Shown here in pieces: positions 19,232 to 31,700 of a stretch of DNA of 64,000 nucleotides (the stretch's first letter is position 1; each line of letters opens with the position of its first letter). The notes under the pieces were generated by a model. The model searched no databases. It was not told the DNA's origin and saw nothing but the letters and a program-made list of their open reading frames with translations. The stretch comes from an uncultured Planctomycetota bacterium (GTDB lineage: Bacteria; Planctomycetota; Planctomycetia; Isosphaerales; Isosphaeraceae): assembly GCA_963823665.1 (NCBI GenBank), contig CAWGMQ010000006.1, forward strand, positions 1,056,001-1,120,000. Reading direction: 5' to 3'. The translations under genes were made by a program, and so were the position numbers.

Positions 19232-19461
19232 GGCGACCGGTCGTAGTGGCTAAGATCCTCCCAGTCATCCGGCTCGATATCCGCGAGAAGCGGATACATC
19301 GCCTCGACGTCATCTCCCCCGGCGATTGCTTTGATCTTCTCGAACTCTTCGGCTCGAATCAGCACGTAATGGGCACCGGTCGTCGCGTCAACGACGTATA
19401 CGGGCGCGCCGCCTTGATCCTTTAGCGCCTGCCGGAGATCGTCGGCAAGATTCGTTGTCAT
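19228..19461 (-). CDS. Small acidic putative antitoxin (77 aa)
   Basis: MTTNLADDLRQAL...YVLIRAEEFEKIKAI...YPLLADIEPDDWEDLSHYD with an acidic C-terminus. GAGGA RBS upstream of ATG 19461. Translationally coupled to the PemK-like stub. Confidence 0.7.
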   Translation of the reverse strand: MTTNLADDLRQALKDQGGAPVYVVDATTGAHYVLIRAEEFEKIKAIAGGDDVEAMYPLLADIEPDDWEDLSHYDRSP

Positions 19462-19626
19462 AGGATCCTCTGTTCCAGAATGACGGATGACTGTGTTCAA
19501 TATAGCCCGGCCGATTGATTGCTGCTAGCGATTCGCAGCTCGAACACAATCGATTCGAAACGCGCCCGAATGTCAACGAATCGGTTTGTGAAGCGCGCTG
19601 TGAACACACATATGCACCACGTGTGC

Positions 19627-19684
19627 TCAAGTCTGCCGCAAGAGCGCCCGTCGGCGCAAATCCCTTGCCCACGATCGGCTCTGC
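19627..19684 (-). repeat. Degenerate second copy of the DUF1501 gene 3' end (att-like direct repeat, left copy)
   Basis: 19652-19684 matches 53877-53909 at 29/33 nt and encodes the same AEPIVGKGFAP. Weaker similarity continues to a TGA at 19627-19629 (ttgcggc...cttga in both copies). Confidence 0.85.
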
Positions 19685-19703
19685 CTGGGGCGCTGGATAT
19701 CGA

Positions 19704-22700
19704 TCAGCCCAAGAAAAGACCTGACTTCAGCTTGTGACCTTTCGCTCGGGTTGCCAGCGCCAGGTCAACCGCCGATACTACGCCGTCGCCGTTCACGTCC
19801 GCTCCCAGCGGCGCGAGGCCTGTCGGGTTCGACAGGCTGATTTCGGCGGCGATTTCATTCAGGTCATTTTCGTCAACTGTTCCATCACCGGTCACGTCGC
19901 CAAGCAGCCGGTAGAAGTGGTGCACCGCGGTCGTTCCACTCGGCAGTGTGATATCGAGTTCGTAATAGCCATCCGCGCTCGTCGTGTTGGGGCTGCCGCC
20001 GATGCCGTTTGCACCGAAGTCCAGCTCGATCGCGTGGTCGATGACCGAGACGTTCACCCCCGAGAGAGAGACGGCTGACTTGCTCGACGCGTCGTCGTTC
20101 AAGTCGTACTGGTAAAGCTGGATCTCGGGCGATGCGCTCTTGAGTGAATTCACGATCTGGGTCAGCTCGCCGCCGGACTGGCTGTCCGACTCGTTGAAAT
20201 CGACTTGCAGGTAACGGATGTACGACCGCTCAACCGCGCCGTCCTCCACGATCAGGCTAGTCGTCTGGAGCTGCGCCGGCGTCGCATTCGCGAACGTCTC
20301 TGTGAGCGTCAGATTGGCGTTCGTTGGTGCCGCCTGCGTGTTGCCCGCACTGTCGAGCCCGATGCTGTAAAACGCGTAAGTGTGCGGGACGCCGTCTGTG
20401 AGCCCTTGGTAGGGATCGGTCGCCTGGACAATCCCCGCGCTATTTGCCGGTCCGGCGGGAATCGCCGGTGCGGCCAGCTTGTACGGCGCGGAATCGACCG
20501 ACACGAAGACCTCGAAATACGTCACGACACCACCGCCGGGATCACTTCCCGTGAGGTTGAGCGTGAACGTACCTGTGGCGGCGTTCAGCGTGCTGGGATT
20601 GGTGCCCGTCGTTCCGTCGACCGAGGTCACAGGCGGTGTCAGGTCTGGGAGATACGTGCTCGCTTCGATTGCCGGTGTCTTGACCTCGGTGTTGCCGGCG
20701 AGGTCGTGGGCGATGCTGTAGAAGGCGTAGGTCGTGTTGCTCTGGCCGGTGAAGCTGGCCGTCGGGTTGGAAGCCGGGACTGTCGTCCACAGCGCCCATG
20801 GTCCACCGTTCGTCGAGGAATAGACGTCGTACGACGTCACTCCGGAGGGAGGCGAGCCGCCGTCGGAGCCGGTGACGGAGACCGCGAACGTGAGGCTCGT
20901 GCCGCGTTTGGGAAGCGGGTTGACCGTGCTCGTCGGGGGCGTCGTGTCCATCAACCACGAGGTCGAGAGGGTTCCCGAACCGGGGTTGCCGGTCTGGTCG
21001 TCGATGCCGGCGGCGTTCACGGTCAAGGTGTAATTGCCGTTATTTGTGGTTAGCGTTCCCAGGCCGTTGATCTGGTAAGTCGATCCCGTCACCAATGCGA
21101 AGGTCACCGCGCTCGTGATGAGGTTTGCGCCGCCGTGATCGGTGAGCGTGACGCTCGAATCCGTGAATGAGCTGAGCGTGATCGGCTCGCTGAACGTGAC
21201 GTCGATGCTTGAGACAGTGGTGTTCCTCGGATTGGGCGAGACCGCCGCGATCGACGTGATACTCACGGGCGAAACGATCTGCACGGTTTGCTGGGCCGTG
21301 GTCGACGTGGGCTGCACGTTGCCCGCATTGTCGGTCGCAACGCTGTAGAACCCGTAAGTGTGACCGGCCTGGCCGTTGAATGGGGCAGAGGGACTTCCTG
21401 GCGTCACTGTGGTGAAGAGCATGTACGGCCCGCCGTCCTCCGAATCGTAAATCGCGATCGAGTCGACGCCCGAGGGTGTGCTCCCGTTCGACCCCGTTGG
21501 GTCAGTGCTGGTCACCGATACGGTAAAGCTCGTGGACGTGGTCTGCGCCGGCAACGAGTTGACGGTGCTGGTCGGTGGGGTCGTGTCCATGAGCCAAGAG
21601 GTTGATAGCGAGCCCGCGCCTGGGTTGCCGGATGTGTCGTCGATGTCTGATGCGTTGACGGTCAGGCTGTAAGTCCCCTCGGCTGTGGTCAGCCCAGCGA
21701 GGCCATCGATGTCATACGTGCTGCCCGAGGCGAGGCTGAGAGAGACGGCACTGCTGATCGTGACCGGATTGCCGTTGTCGGTCAGAGTGAGCGTGCTGGC
21801 GCTGAAGCTGCTGGTATTGACCGGCATGCTGAACGTGACGGCAACGGTCGAGACCGGCGTGTTTCGCGGGTTGGGTGTGACTGCGGCGATCGAGGTCACG
21901 GACAGAGAATTGAGGATCTGGACGGTTTCCTGCGCCGCCGCCGGCGTTGGCTGCACGTTCCCGGCGTTGTCAGTCGCGACGCTATAGAAGCCGTAGGTAT
22001 GCCCGGCCTGTCCCGTGAACGTGGTCGAGGGACTTCCGGGCGTCACCGTTGCCAACAGCGCGTACGCCCCACCGTCCTCCGAGTCGTAGATTGCGATCGA
22101 GTCGACGCCCGAGGGTGTGCTCCCGTTCGACCCCGTTGGGTCAGTGCTGGTCACCGATACGGTAAAGCTCGTGGACGTGGTCTGCGCCGGCAACGAGTTG
22201 ACGGTGCTGGTCGGTGGGGTCGTGTCCATGAGCCAAGAGGTCGATAGCGAGCCCGCGCCGGGGTTGCCGGATGTGTCGTCGATGTCTGATGCGTTGACGG
22301 TCAGGCTGTAAGTCCCCTCGGCTGTGGTCAGCCCAGCGAGGCCATCGATGTCATACGTGCTGCCCGACACCAGGCTGAGAGAGACGGCACTCGTGATCAG
22401 ATTGGGTCCGTTATTGTCGGTCAGCGCCAGCGCCCCCGCGCTCAGGCTGCTTATGTTGATCGGCTCGTTGAAGGCGACTTCGACGGATGGCACGGGCGAG
22501 TTGCGCGGATTGGGCAAGATCGTAGAAAATGATGAGACCGACAAGACGCTGAAGACGTCGATCGTCGCCGAACCGGTTGCATTCGTGTAATCCGTGGAGT
22601 CAGCTGGTGTAAAGACCGCCGACAAGACCTGGTTGTTACCAATCGGAAGAACGGTGCCGGCAGGCGGTGTGTAAGTGAAGCTACCGAGCACGCTGCCGGC

Positions 22701-25700
22701 GACTCCCGCAACCGTCCAGGAAGCCTGTGCATCAAGCTGGGTACTGGAGAGCGCCGTGCCAAACGGGATCGCCGCTGGATTGGTCCAAGAAGTCGTCGGC
22801 GTTGCTTGCTTGACGTTGATCGTGACCGTGGCCGAAGCGTCGGTGTAATCAGTGGCGTCGTTCGGAGCGAAGCTGACCGAAAGCGTCTGATCAGCGCCTG
22901 CTCCCAGAACGGTCCCCTGCGGGGGCGAGTACGTGAATGTCCCCTGCACGTCGGCCGTGGCGTCGAGCTGGGTTTTGCTCAGAGCCGTGCCGTAGGTGAT
23001 ATCGGCGGGAGTGGGCCATGTGATGCTGGGTGTTTGCAGCGCGGTGTATGTGAAGAGATCGGCAGACGACTTCATGGATACGCCGGCGGCGGTGGTGACG
23101 GTGACGTCCACCGCGCCGGCTGAGCCCGCTGGACTCGTCACCACGATCTGTGTGCCCGTGTCGCTCGCTATGGTCGCGGGGTTGATTCCGAAGTCCACCA
23201 CCACGTTGCCGCCGGCCAGGTTTGTGCCGGTTATGGTGACGCTCGTTCCGCCCCCGATCGGGCCCTGGCTCACGGAAAGACCGCTAACCGAGGGCGCTGT
23301 GATGAATGTATATAGATCATCCGGTGCAGTGACTGAGATCCCGCCGGGCGTCGTCACGGTGACATCAACTCTGGTCCCGGCCGTCCCGGATGGGCTCGTG
23401 GCCGTGATCTGCGTGCCGGTGTCCTGCGTGATCATCGCGGCAACGTCGCCGAAATCAACCGCCGTGGCGCCCTGGAGATTCGTCCCGGTGATGATCACCG
23501 TTGTGCCTCCGGCCGTTGTGCCCAGGCCCGGAGAAACACTGGTCACCGCCGGTGCGGCTTGATAGGTGAACTGATCGGCGGACGACTTCGCCGAGACGCC
23601 GCCGTCGGTGGTGACGGTGACGTCAACTGTGCCGGCGGCTCCAATTGGGCTAGTGACTGTGATCTGTGTGCCCGTGTCGGTGACGATCGTGGCGGCGGTT
23701 GTGCCAAAATCGACGGCGGATGCGCCCAGAAGGTTGGTGCCCTCGATTGCGACTGTCGTGCCCCCGGAGATTGGGCCGGCTGCCGGGGTAATTCCGCTGA
23801 CGGTTGGCGCGACCAGGTAGGTGAATTGATCGGCGGGCGTTCTGGCGGAGGTGCCGCCCGTCGCGACGAGCAGAACGTCAGCAGGGCCGCCTGATCCGGC
23901 GGGGCTGGTCGCCGTGATCTGCGTACCGGTGTCAGACTGAACTGGCACTGTGTTCGATCCGAATTCGACGGCCGTGACGGCGGAGAGATTCGTGCCGGTG
24001 ATCGTGACCGAAGTACCGCCGGAGACCGGGCCGGAGGCTGGAGAGACCCCCGTGACGATCGGTTGGGCGCCGGTGAGGGTAAACGTGCGTACGAAGTTGC
24101 CGCCGGCAGTCCCGTTTTCATCGCCGTCCAGGGCGTTGCCGCTCAAGTCATGGATGGTGTCGGTCGCCGTGCTGAAGACCGTGAGCTGATAGTCGCCCGC
24201 CGGCAGTGAGCCGCCATTCAATCCAGTCACCGTCAAGGTGACTTTGTTGCTGGTCGAGTTGTACTGCGGCGTGAGCGGATAGATGACGTCGTTCGGACTG
24301 CCGAAGCCGCTCGAGCCCGCCTGGACGAGCTGGTAGACGGCAGTTGAATCAGCGTCGATCGCATTGACTGGCTCGCTGAAGGTGAGCTGGAGCTGAGTGA
24401 AGGAGAACCCGGTGCCGCCGGTTTCGACAAACGCTGGAGTGACACTCGTGATCGAGGGCGGCGTCAAATTCAGGCTCGAGCCCTGGAACTCGTATGCTCC
24501 CAGATCGACGATGCCGGGCTCGAGCGTGTAAAGCACGGATGCGGCGCTCGTCAGATTGGTCCGGCCTGAGTATCCGGAGAGCAGTTGATAGGCCCATCCA
24601 TTGCCGGCCGAGAGGCCGATGGTCGGTGTGAGGTTCGTGTTGCCGGCACCGTAGTAGAACTGGATGTTGCCGCCGGAGTAGAGCGTGACAGCGAAATTGG
24701 CCTGACTTTGATCGACCGTGTTGGTGGCCACCCAGCGGAACGTCACCTGATTGGCAACTGAGCTATCAACGTAGATATTATCGCCAGTCTGATTGGTTTC
24801 GAGGCTCGCCCAGAGAGGGGCAATGCGGGCGTCAGCGAGAAGCTCAGCCGCGGGGTTCGAGCCGGTGCCGGGGGAATCAGGACCGGCAAATTGCAGGAAC
24901 CCGTCCGTTGATACGCTTACCTTGGTATATGATTGTCCATAGTAAGTGAATGAGAACGGGAGCGTGTAATTGAAGTAGGTATTGACGCCCTGCCAGTTCT
25001 GGGCGGTGCCGCCGGAGGGATAAACCGGCTCAGCAGTAACCGTGGCAGGGAAGTACTCGGGCGAGCCCTGGTTGGGTGTGCCCGGGTCATCCAGTCGGGG
25101 GGTGCCGAGGATGTCAGTGGAGGGGGCGATCCAGGAGTAACCGCGGTCGATGGCGGGTGAGCCGGCCGAAAGCGCGAAGTTGTCGTCCTGGCCAAAGTCG
25201 GCATACACTCCGTTGACGTCCGTGTAGCCCAGCAGGCCGTCGGCACCCGTGATATTCACAAAATCCGGGTTGGCACTCTCGGAATGCACTTCCTGGCCTG
25301 TCGCCGCCTGCCAGGCGCTCAAGTTGCTCTCCACGCCGCTGGTCGAGGAGCTATACCAGAATCCGACGCTGACAGCCGAGGCGCCGCCGGTATAAAGATC
25401 GTTATAGTCGCTGTTGAACCCGGTCTCGCTGCCCTGGGCAACGTAGATGTCAAAGCCGGCCAGGACCTCGATGATGTTGTTGCGGAGTAGAACGTTGTAG
25501 GCGCCCGAATCGAGCCGCACTGCATTTCCCGATATCTGGTAGATGGTGTTATTGACAATCTGGCCGCCGCCGCCGGAGCTGTTCTCGACCAGGATGCCGT
25601 CGGTTGTGTTGGCATAGACCAGGTTGTCATCGACGTGCCCGTTAAAGTTGTAGTCGAGGTAGATGCCGATGTTGTTCGAGTAAGCGTCGTTGCCGGCAAC

Positions 25701-28700
25701 GGGGGAGCTTCCCTCGCTAAAGATTCCGACATCGCTGTTGTTGTACAGGCGATTGTCGAGGATCGGCTCTCCGGTGTAATCGGTTTCGATGCCGATGTAG
25801 TTGCCGTAGAGCACGTTATTTTCGACAACGCCGCCGCCGCCAAAATCAGAGACGGAGATGCCGATCGCTCCGCTGGCCGATTGGCCATACACCGCGTTGC
25901 CGGAGACCACGAAGTCTTTCTCGGAAAAGATGCCGATGCTCGTGTTGTTGCGCACGATGTTGTTGCTGATGGTGTTGGTCGCGGAGGTCGTAGATTCGGT
26001 TGAGACGGTGATGCCGGTGGCGTTGCCGTAGACCACGTTGCCGCTGATCAGGATGCCGCCGTTTGATCCGTCGTCAAAATCACGGATGCCGTCGCCGGAG
26101 TGATCGAAAACGGTGTTATTTGTGATCGTATTCGAGTCTGTATTCAGGTAGATGCCATTGGGCTGCTTGGTGCCGTCGGCCGCCAGATCGCCGTAGACGG
26201 TGTTGCCGGTGAAGGTGGCGTCGTCATTCGAGCTGTCGAGGAACACGCCGTAGTCGGCATTCCCGTAGATGGTGGAATCGCTGACGGTGAGTCCGGTGCT
26301 GTCTGCGGTGCTGGAGCCATAAATTCCTGCGTAAGCGCCCGTGATGGTCAAATGGCTCAAGGTGATGTTTGTGCCGCCTTCCATCTGGAAGTCGTAGTCG
26401 CCGGTATTGAGATCGCCGCGGGTCAAGACCGCGCCGGGGCCGGTGGTCGGGCCGACGATCGTCACGCCGCTGTGCAGCAGGTCGAGGTCAACATTGCGCA
26501 GCAGCGTGTAGTCGCCCGTATCGACGTAGACCGTATCACCCGGCCCGAGCGGATAGGCTTGCAAGAGTGCGGCCAAGGTCGCCATGGGATCCGCGGGGTC
26601 CTTGCCGCTGTTGGCATCGTTGCCCGGGGCGGTGGTGTAAACTGCGCCGGTCGTCGCACCGGGGTTGATGTAGTAGTTGTCGCCGTTGTTTGCGATCAGG
26701 AACTGCTGCTGTGATAGGCCGCTGGGGTCGGTTCCATTGTTGGCGGTGACCTCGACCTGGTAGCCTGAGCCAAGCGTCACGCCGGTCGGGATTGTCCAGA
26801 GGAAGCTGCCGCTGTCAGGTACGCCAGTCGCGATGTTTTGAACGATCGAGCCGTTTTGCAGCAAGTTAATGTTCACGGTGCCGTAGATTCGCTGCGCGTA
26901 GTGGGCTGCGACCTTCGCCGCCGAGAGGGCCGACGTGTAGAACGCAGCCTCCTGAAGCGCGCCGGAGTAGGAAGTGTAGCCATAAGCGGCCAAGTCGTTC
27001 TTGCCGAGGTAGTTCTCGGTGCGCACGATCCCCGATCGCGGCACGCTGGTTGTCCCCGTTGCAATAGGCTGGCCGTTCTTGTAGATCGTGACGTCCCCCT
27101 TGGAATCCATTGTCACGGCGAAGTATTGCCACTGGTTGAGCGAGATGGCGTTCTGCGCCACGACTTGGCCGCCCTGGTTGTAGCCCTGGTAGACCTGGAA
27201 GGCGAGGTTGTTGGTCGTACCCACGCGGTAGAGGAGAATGCTGTCGGAAAAGGCACCATTGCCGAGATCGAAGAACTCCTGGTTATTGCTGACCGCTGTC
27301 GGGTCGGCCCAGAACTCGGCGCTGAAACCGCTGGTGAAGTCGTTCGTGATCGTCGGGAGCTGGATGTAGCTGGTGCTGCCGTTCAAGCCGACGGCGGTAC
27401 CTTTGTCGAACGGCAATGCGCCCGACAGGCCGAGCTGCACGCCGCCGACGTAAGTCGCATTATTGCCGTTGCCGGATGCATCCGTGGCGGTGGTGCCGAC
27501 GGTGTCGCCCAGCGGGTAGTAAGCGATCGGGTTGTCGGCGAGCACGGCGCTGGAATAGTAAGCGGCGGGGGCGTAGAGCGAGCCGGTCTGCCAGGTGATG
27601 TTTTCCTGCTGGCCGATCTGGAGCTTGTCGAGCGGGCCTGGTGTGAGGACGGAGACCTGGGCACCCTGACTGCCCGTCGCCAGCGCGGTGCCGCCGTAGG
27701 CGCCAAGGTCAATGCGGCCGCCGCTGTCCGTCGGCTCGAGGCCGAGCGTCTCGACGGGATCACCCGCGTCGACTGCAGGCGAGCCCGAAGCGAGCCGAAA
27801 ATCATCGTCTCCGCCGCCGTTGCCCTGCACCTGCTGGATCATGACGGCGTCGGCGGCCACGTTGCCGGAAGCCAGATTGCTGAGCTGCACCGTGAGTGTG
27901 CCGCCAGAGCTCACAAAGTATCCCAGCGTTTGCCACGGCGGCGTGCCCGATCCACTGGGGGCATTGATCTGCGACTCACCAGCCAGAAAGATGACTTGGG
28001 AGCCATCGATGACCGTGAAAGGCGCGCTGGCGGCACCGCTATACGAAAGCGACGGCCACGTCGCTGCGACCGCGTAGGTTGCCCCCTTCTTAAGCCCCGT
28101 GAAGCTCCAGGTCGCCACGTCATTGCCTGGACCGGGGGCGGCCAGGAGATATTCACCGTTCTCGGCGGCAGCCGCAGTGGTCTGCGTCCAGCTTCCGGTT
28201 GTGCTGAAGCCGGTCGGGCTGCTGTCGTCGATCACCTGCGCGGCGCCGATCGGAGTCGTACTGAATCCGAGAATGCCGTCTGGCCCCGCGGCGTTCACAA
28301 AGCCTGGATTCACACTCAGGCTGTGCTGGTCTTGCCCAAGGAGGTAGAACCAGCTCGCCTGAGTGCGGATCGTCTGGCCCTGCCACGAGCCGAGCTGACC
28401 GGTGCCGGTCGTATACAGGTCGTTGTAGTCGCTATGGAATCCGACCTCACTGGTGGCGTCAACGTTCAGGTCGAAACCGCCCTGGGTCCAGAGGATGTTG
28501 TTCTCGAGTGAGAGATAGCTGGAGCTTGTGTTGATGTCGACGGCATCGCCCGCGAGCTGGTAAACCGTGTTGCCGGTAATCGACAGGTTGATTCCACCGC
28601 TGACCAGAATGCCTGCGATCGTATTCTCATAGACCAGGTTGTTGGTCACCGGACGCTGCGAATTGGAGTCAAGCGCGATGCCAGTGGCATTCGCGTAGAC

Positions 28701-31700
28701 AGTGTTGCCGATGACGGGCGTGGTGCCCTGAGCCTCAATGCCGATGCCCGTGTTGTGGTAGACCGTATTTCCTGAGATCGGCGCATTGGAATTATCCGAG
28801 TAGATGCCGGTCGCGTTGTCATGGACGATGTTGCCGGTGAGCTCGTCGAAGGTCGATGTGCTGATGCCGGTGCCGGACTGAGCGTAGACAGAATTGTCGG
28901 TTATGTTCACATTGTCGTTGGCGTTTATTCCCGTACCGTTGTCGAAGACGGTATTGCCGCTGATGGTCGAGGCGTTAGCCGCGCCCGACGTGTCGCCGTA
29001 GACCGTGATGCCGGTTCCACAGGCGTAGACTTGGTTGTCGATGACGTTTGGCCCGGTGCCGGAGGCATAGAGGACAATTCCGTAATAGCGGCTGTCGAAA
29101 ACAGTGTTTCCCATCACGGTCACCGCGCCGGAAAAGCCCGGACTGTCGTTGGTCGCCGCGATTCCGTACGGCTGGTTCTGGGTCGTATTGCCGGAGTACG
29201 TGAGGCCGTAGACGGTGTTATCGATGATCTGCGCAGAGCTGTCGGCGGCGCCAATGTAAATGCCGTCGTTGTCATTAGCAAAAACGCTGCAGTGGCTGAC
29301 GGTGACGTTCAAGCTATTGGTGTCGTCTTTGAGATCGACACCGATCGCGCCGCCCGTGAGCGAGAGATACTCGATGGTGAGACCGGCTGCGCCTGCGATG
29401 TCGACGGCGTCCGATACGTTGTTGTTCCTGTTGAAGACCGCGGGCGCCCCGGAGGTTGGGCCGGTGATCACCAGGCCGCTGTGACTTGCACCGATCACCA
29501 CGGGTTGAACGAGCGTGTAGTCGCCCGGTCCGATGTAGACGGTGTTGCCCGAGCCCAGGTTCGGATAGGCATTTAGCAAGGCCGAAAGGCTGGCCATTGC
29601 ATCGGCGGGATCAGTGCCGGAGTTCGAGTCGTTGCCGTTGGCCGCGACGTAGTAATTGGTGGTGGCAGCGTCGATCTGGAGCGAGGAGGGTGATGCACCG
29701 CTCGTTTGGGTTTGGTTGTTGACGGTCACACGCACCGCAAAATCCCCGCCGGTGGGAGCGTTTGCCGGCACCGTCCAGTTGAAGCTGCCGTTGTCCGGAA
29801 CGTTGCTGGCGATGTTCTGCACAACCGAGCCGTTTTGCAGCAGGTCGATGTTGACTGTCCCGTAGACTCGCTGCGCGTAGTGGGCCGCGACCTGCGCCGC
29901 CGAGAGGGCCGACGTGTAGAACGCAGCGTCCTGAAGCGCGCCTGCGTACGAAGTGTAGGCATAAGCGGCCAGGTCGTTCTTGCCGAGGTAGTTCTCGGTG
30001 CGCACGATCCCCGATCGCGGCACGCTGGTCGTCCCGGTTGCAATCGGCTGGCCGTTCTTGTAGATCGCGACGTCCCCCTTGGAATCCATCGTCACGGCGA
30101 AGTATTGCCACTGGTTGAGCGAGATGGCATTCTGCGCCACGACTTGCCCGCCTTGAGTGCCCCCCTGGTAGACCTGGAAGGCGAGGTTGTTGGAGGTACC
30201 CAGGCGGTAGAGGAGGATGCTGTCGGAAAAGGCACCATTGCCGAGATCGAAGAACTCCTGGTTATTGCTGACCGCTGTCGGGTCGGCCCAGAACTCGGCA
30301 CTGAAACCGCTGGTGAAGTCGTTCGTGATCGTGGGGAGCTGAACGTAGCCGGTGCTGCCGTTCAGGGTCGCGGACGTGCCGGGGTCGAAGGGCAATGCGC
30401 CCGGAGTCCCGAGCTGCACGCCGCCGACGTATGTGGCATTATTGCCGTTGCCGGATGCATCCGTCGCAGTCGTGCCGGAGGTTTCGCCCAACGGGTAGTA
30501 CGCCAGTGGATCATCGGCCAGGACGGCGTTCGCATAGTAGCCGGACGGGGCATAGATGCCGTTGGTCTGCCAGGTGATCGTTGTTTGCTGGCCTTGCTGC
30601 AAGCGATTCAAGTTCCCTGGTGTGAGCACCTGAACGAGTTGTCCTGAGCTGATCGTCGCTTGCGCCGTGCCGCCGTCGCTGCCCAGGTTGATCCGGTTGC
30701 CATTGGGCTCGGGCTCAAGCCCCACTGGCAAAACGGGGTTGCCGGCGTCGATGGTCGGCGAAGCGGGACTGACGTGGAGATCATCGTCACCGCCGCCGTT
30801 GCCGACGATCTGCTGGAGGTAGACGGAGCCGGCGGCCACCGGGCCACCGGCGTAGTTTGTGAGCGTGACGGTGACGGAAGTGCCGGCGACGGTGACGTAG
30901 CCGAGCTCCTGGAAGAAGGCTTCGCCGCCACCCGTCCCCCCGCTTCCCTTCGGGCCCTTATCATTCGCCAGTACGTTCACCTCAGCTTCGAGCACGCCCG
31001 GAACGCTCGGCGCGGCGAGCGCGCTCAGATTCAAAGAGCTTGTGGTGTCGGAATTGGTCGGCCAGTTGTAGGTGAGCACCACTGGATCGCCGTTGGGCCA
31101 CGTCGGGTTGGTCGCGACGACGGCATTCAGCGCGTCCTGCGAGCCCGTCGTGCCGGGAACGATCTGAATCGACTGGACGGGGGAAGCGATCCCGTTCCCG
31201 GACTGGTTGGCTTTCTGGTACAGCACGACGTTGCCGTTGTCGTTCACTTCAAACGCGGCATCGCTTGCCGCCCCGCTCTGCGCCTGAAAGCCCGTGGTTA
31301 CCAGGTAACTGGCTCCTGAGGTCAAGCCGGTGAAAGTCCAGGTGACGGAAGACGACCCGTTTCCGGCTGATATCGTGTAGCCGCCATTGCCATAGGATGT
31401 CCACGGCCCGCTTACACTCTCGCTTCCGGCGCTCTGGAATGGGCCGGCTGGAGCCGCGCTGAAAACCGAGCACGCCGTCGGGGCCGGCAGCATTCACGAA
31501 TTGCGGGTTCGCGCTGATGCTGTGCTGATCGAGGTTCAGCTCGAGAATCCAGCTCGCGAGCGAATTGAAGGCCTGGCCTTCCCACAAGCCGATCGCACCG
31601 TTGCCGGTAGCGTAAAGATCGTTGTAGTCGCTCTGGAGACCGGCTTCGCCCGTGGGCGCGACGTTCATGTCATAGCCGGCTTGAGTCCAGAGGATGTTGT

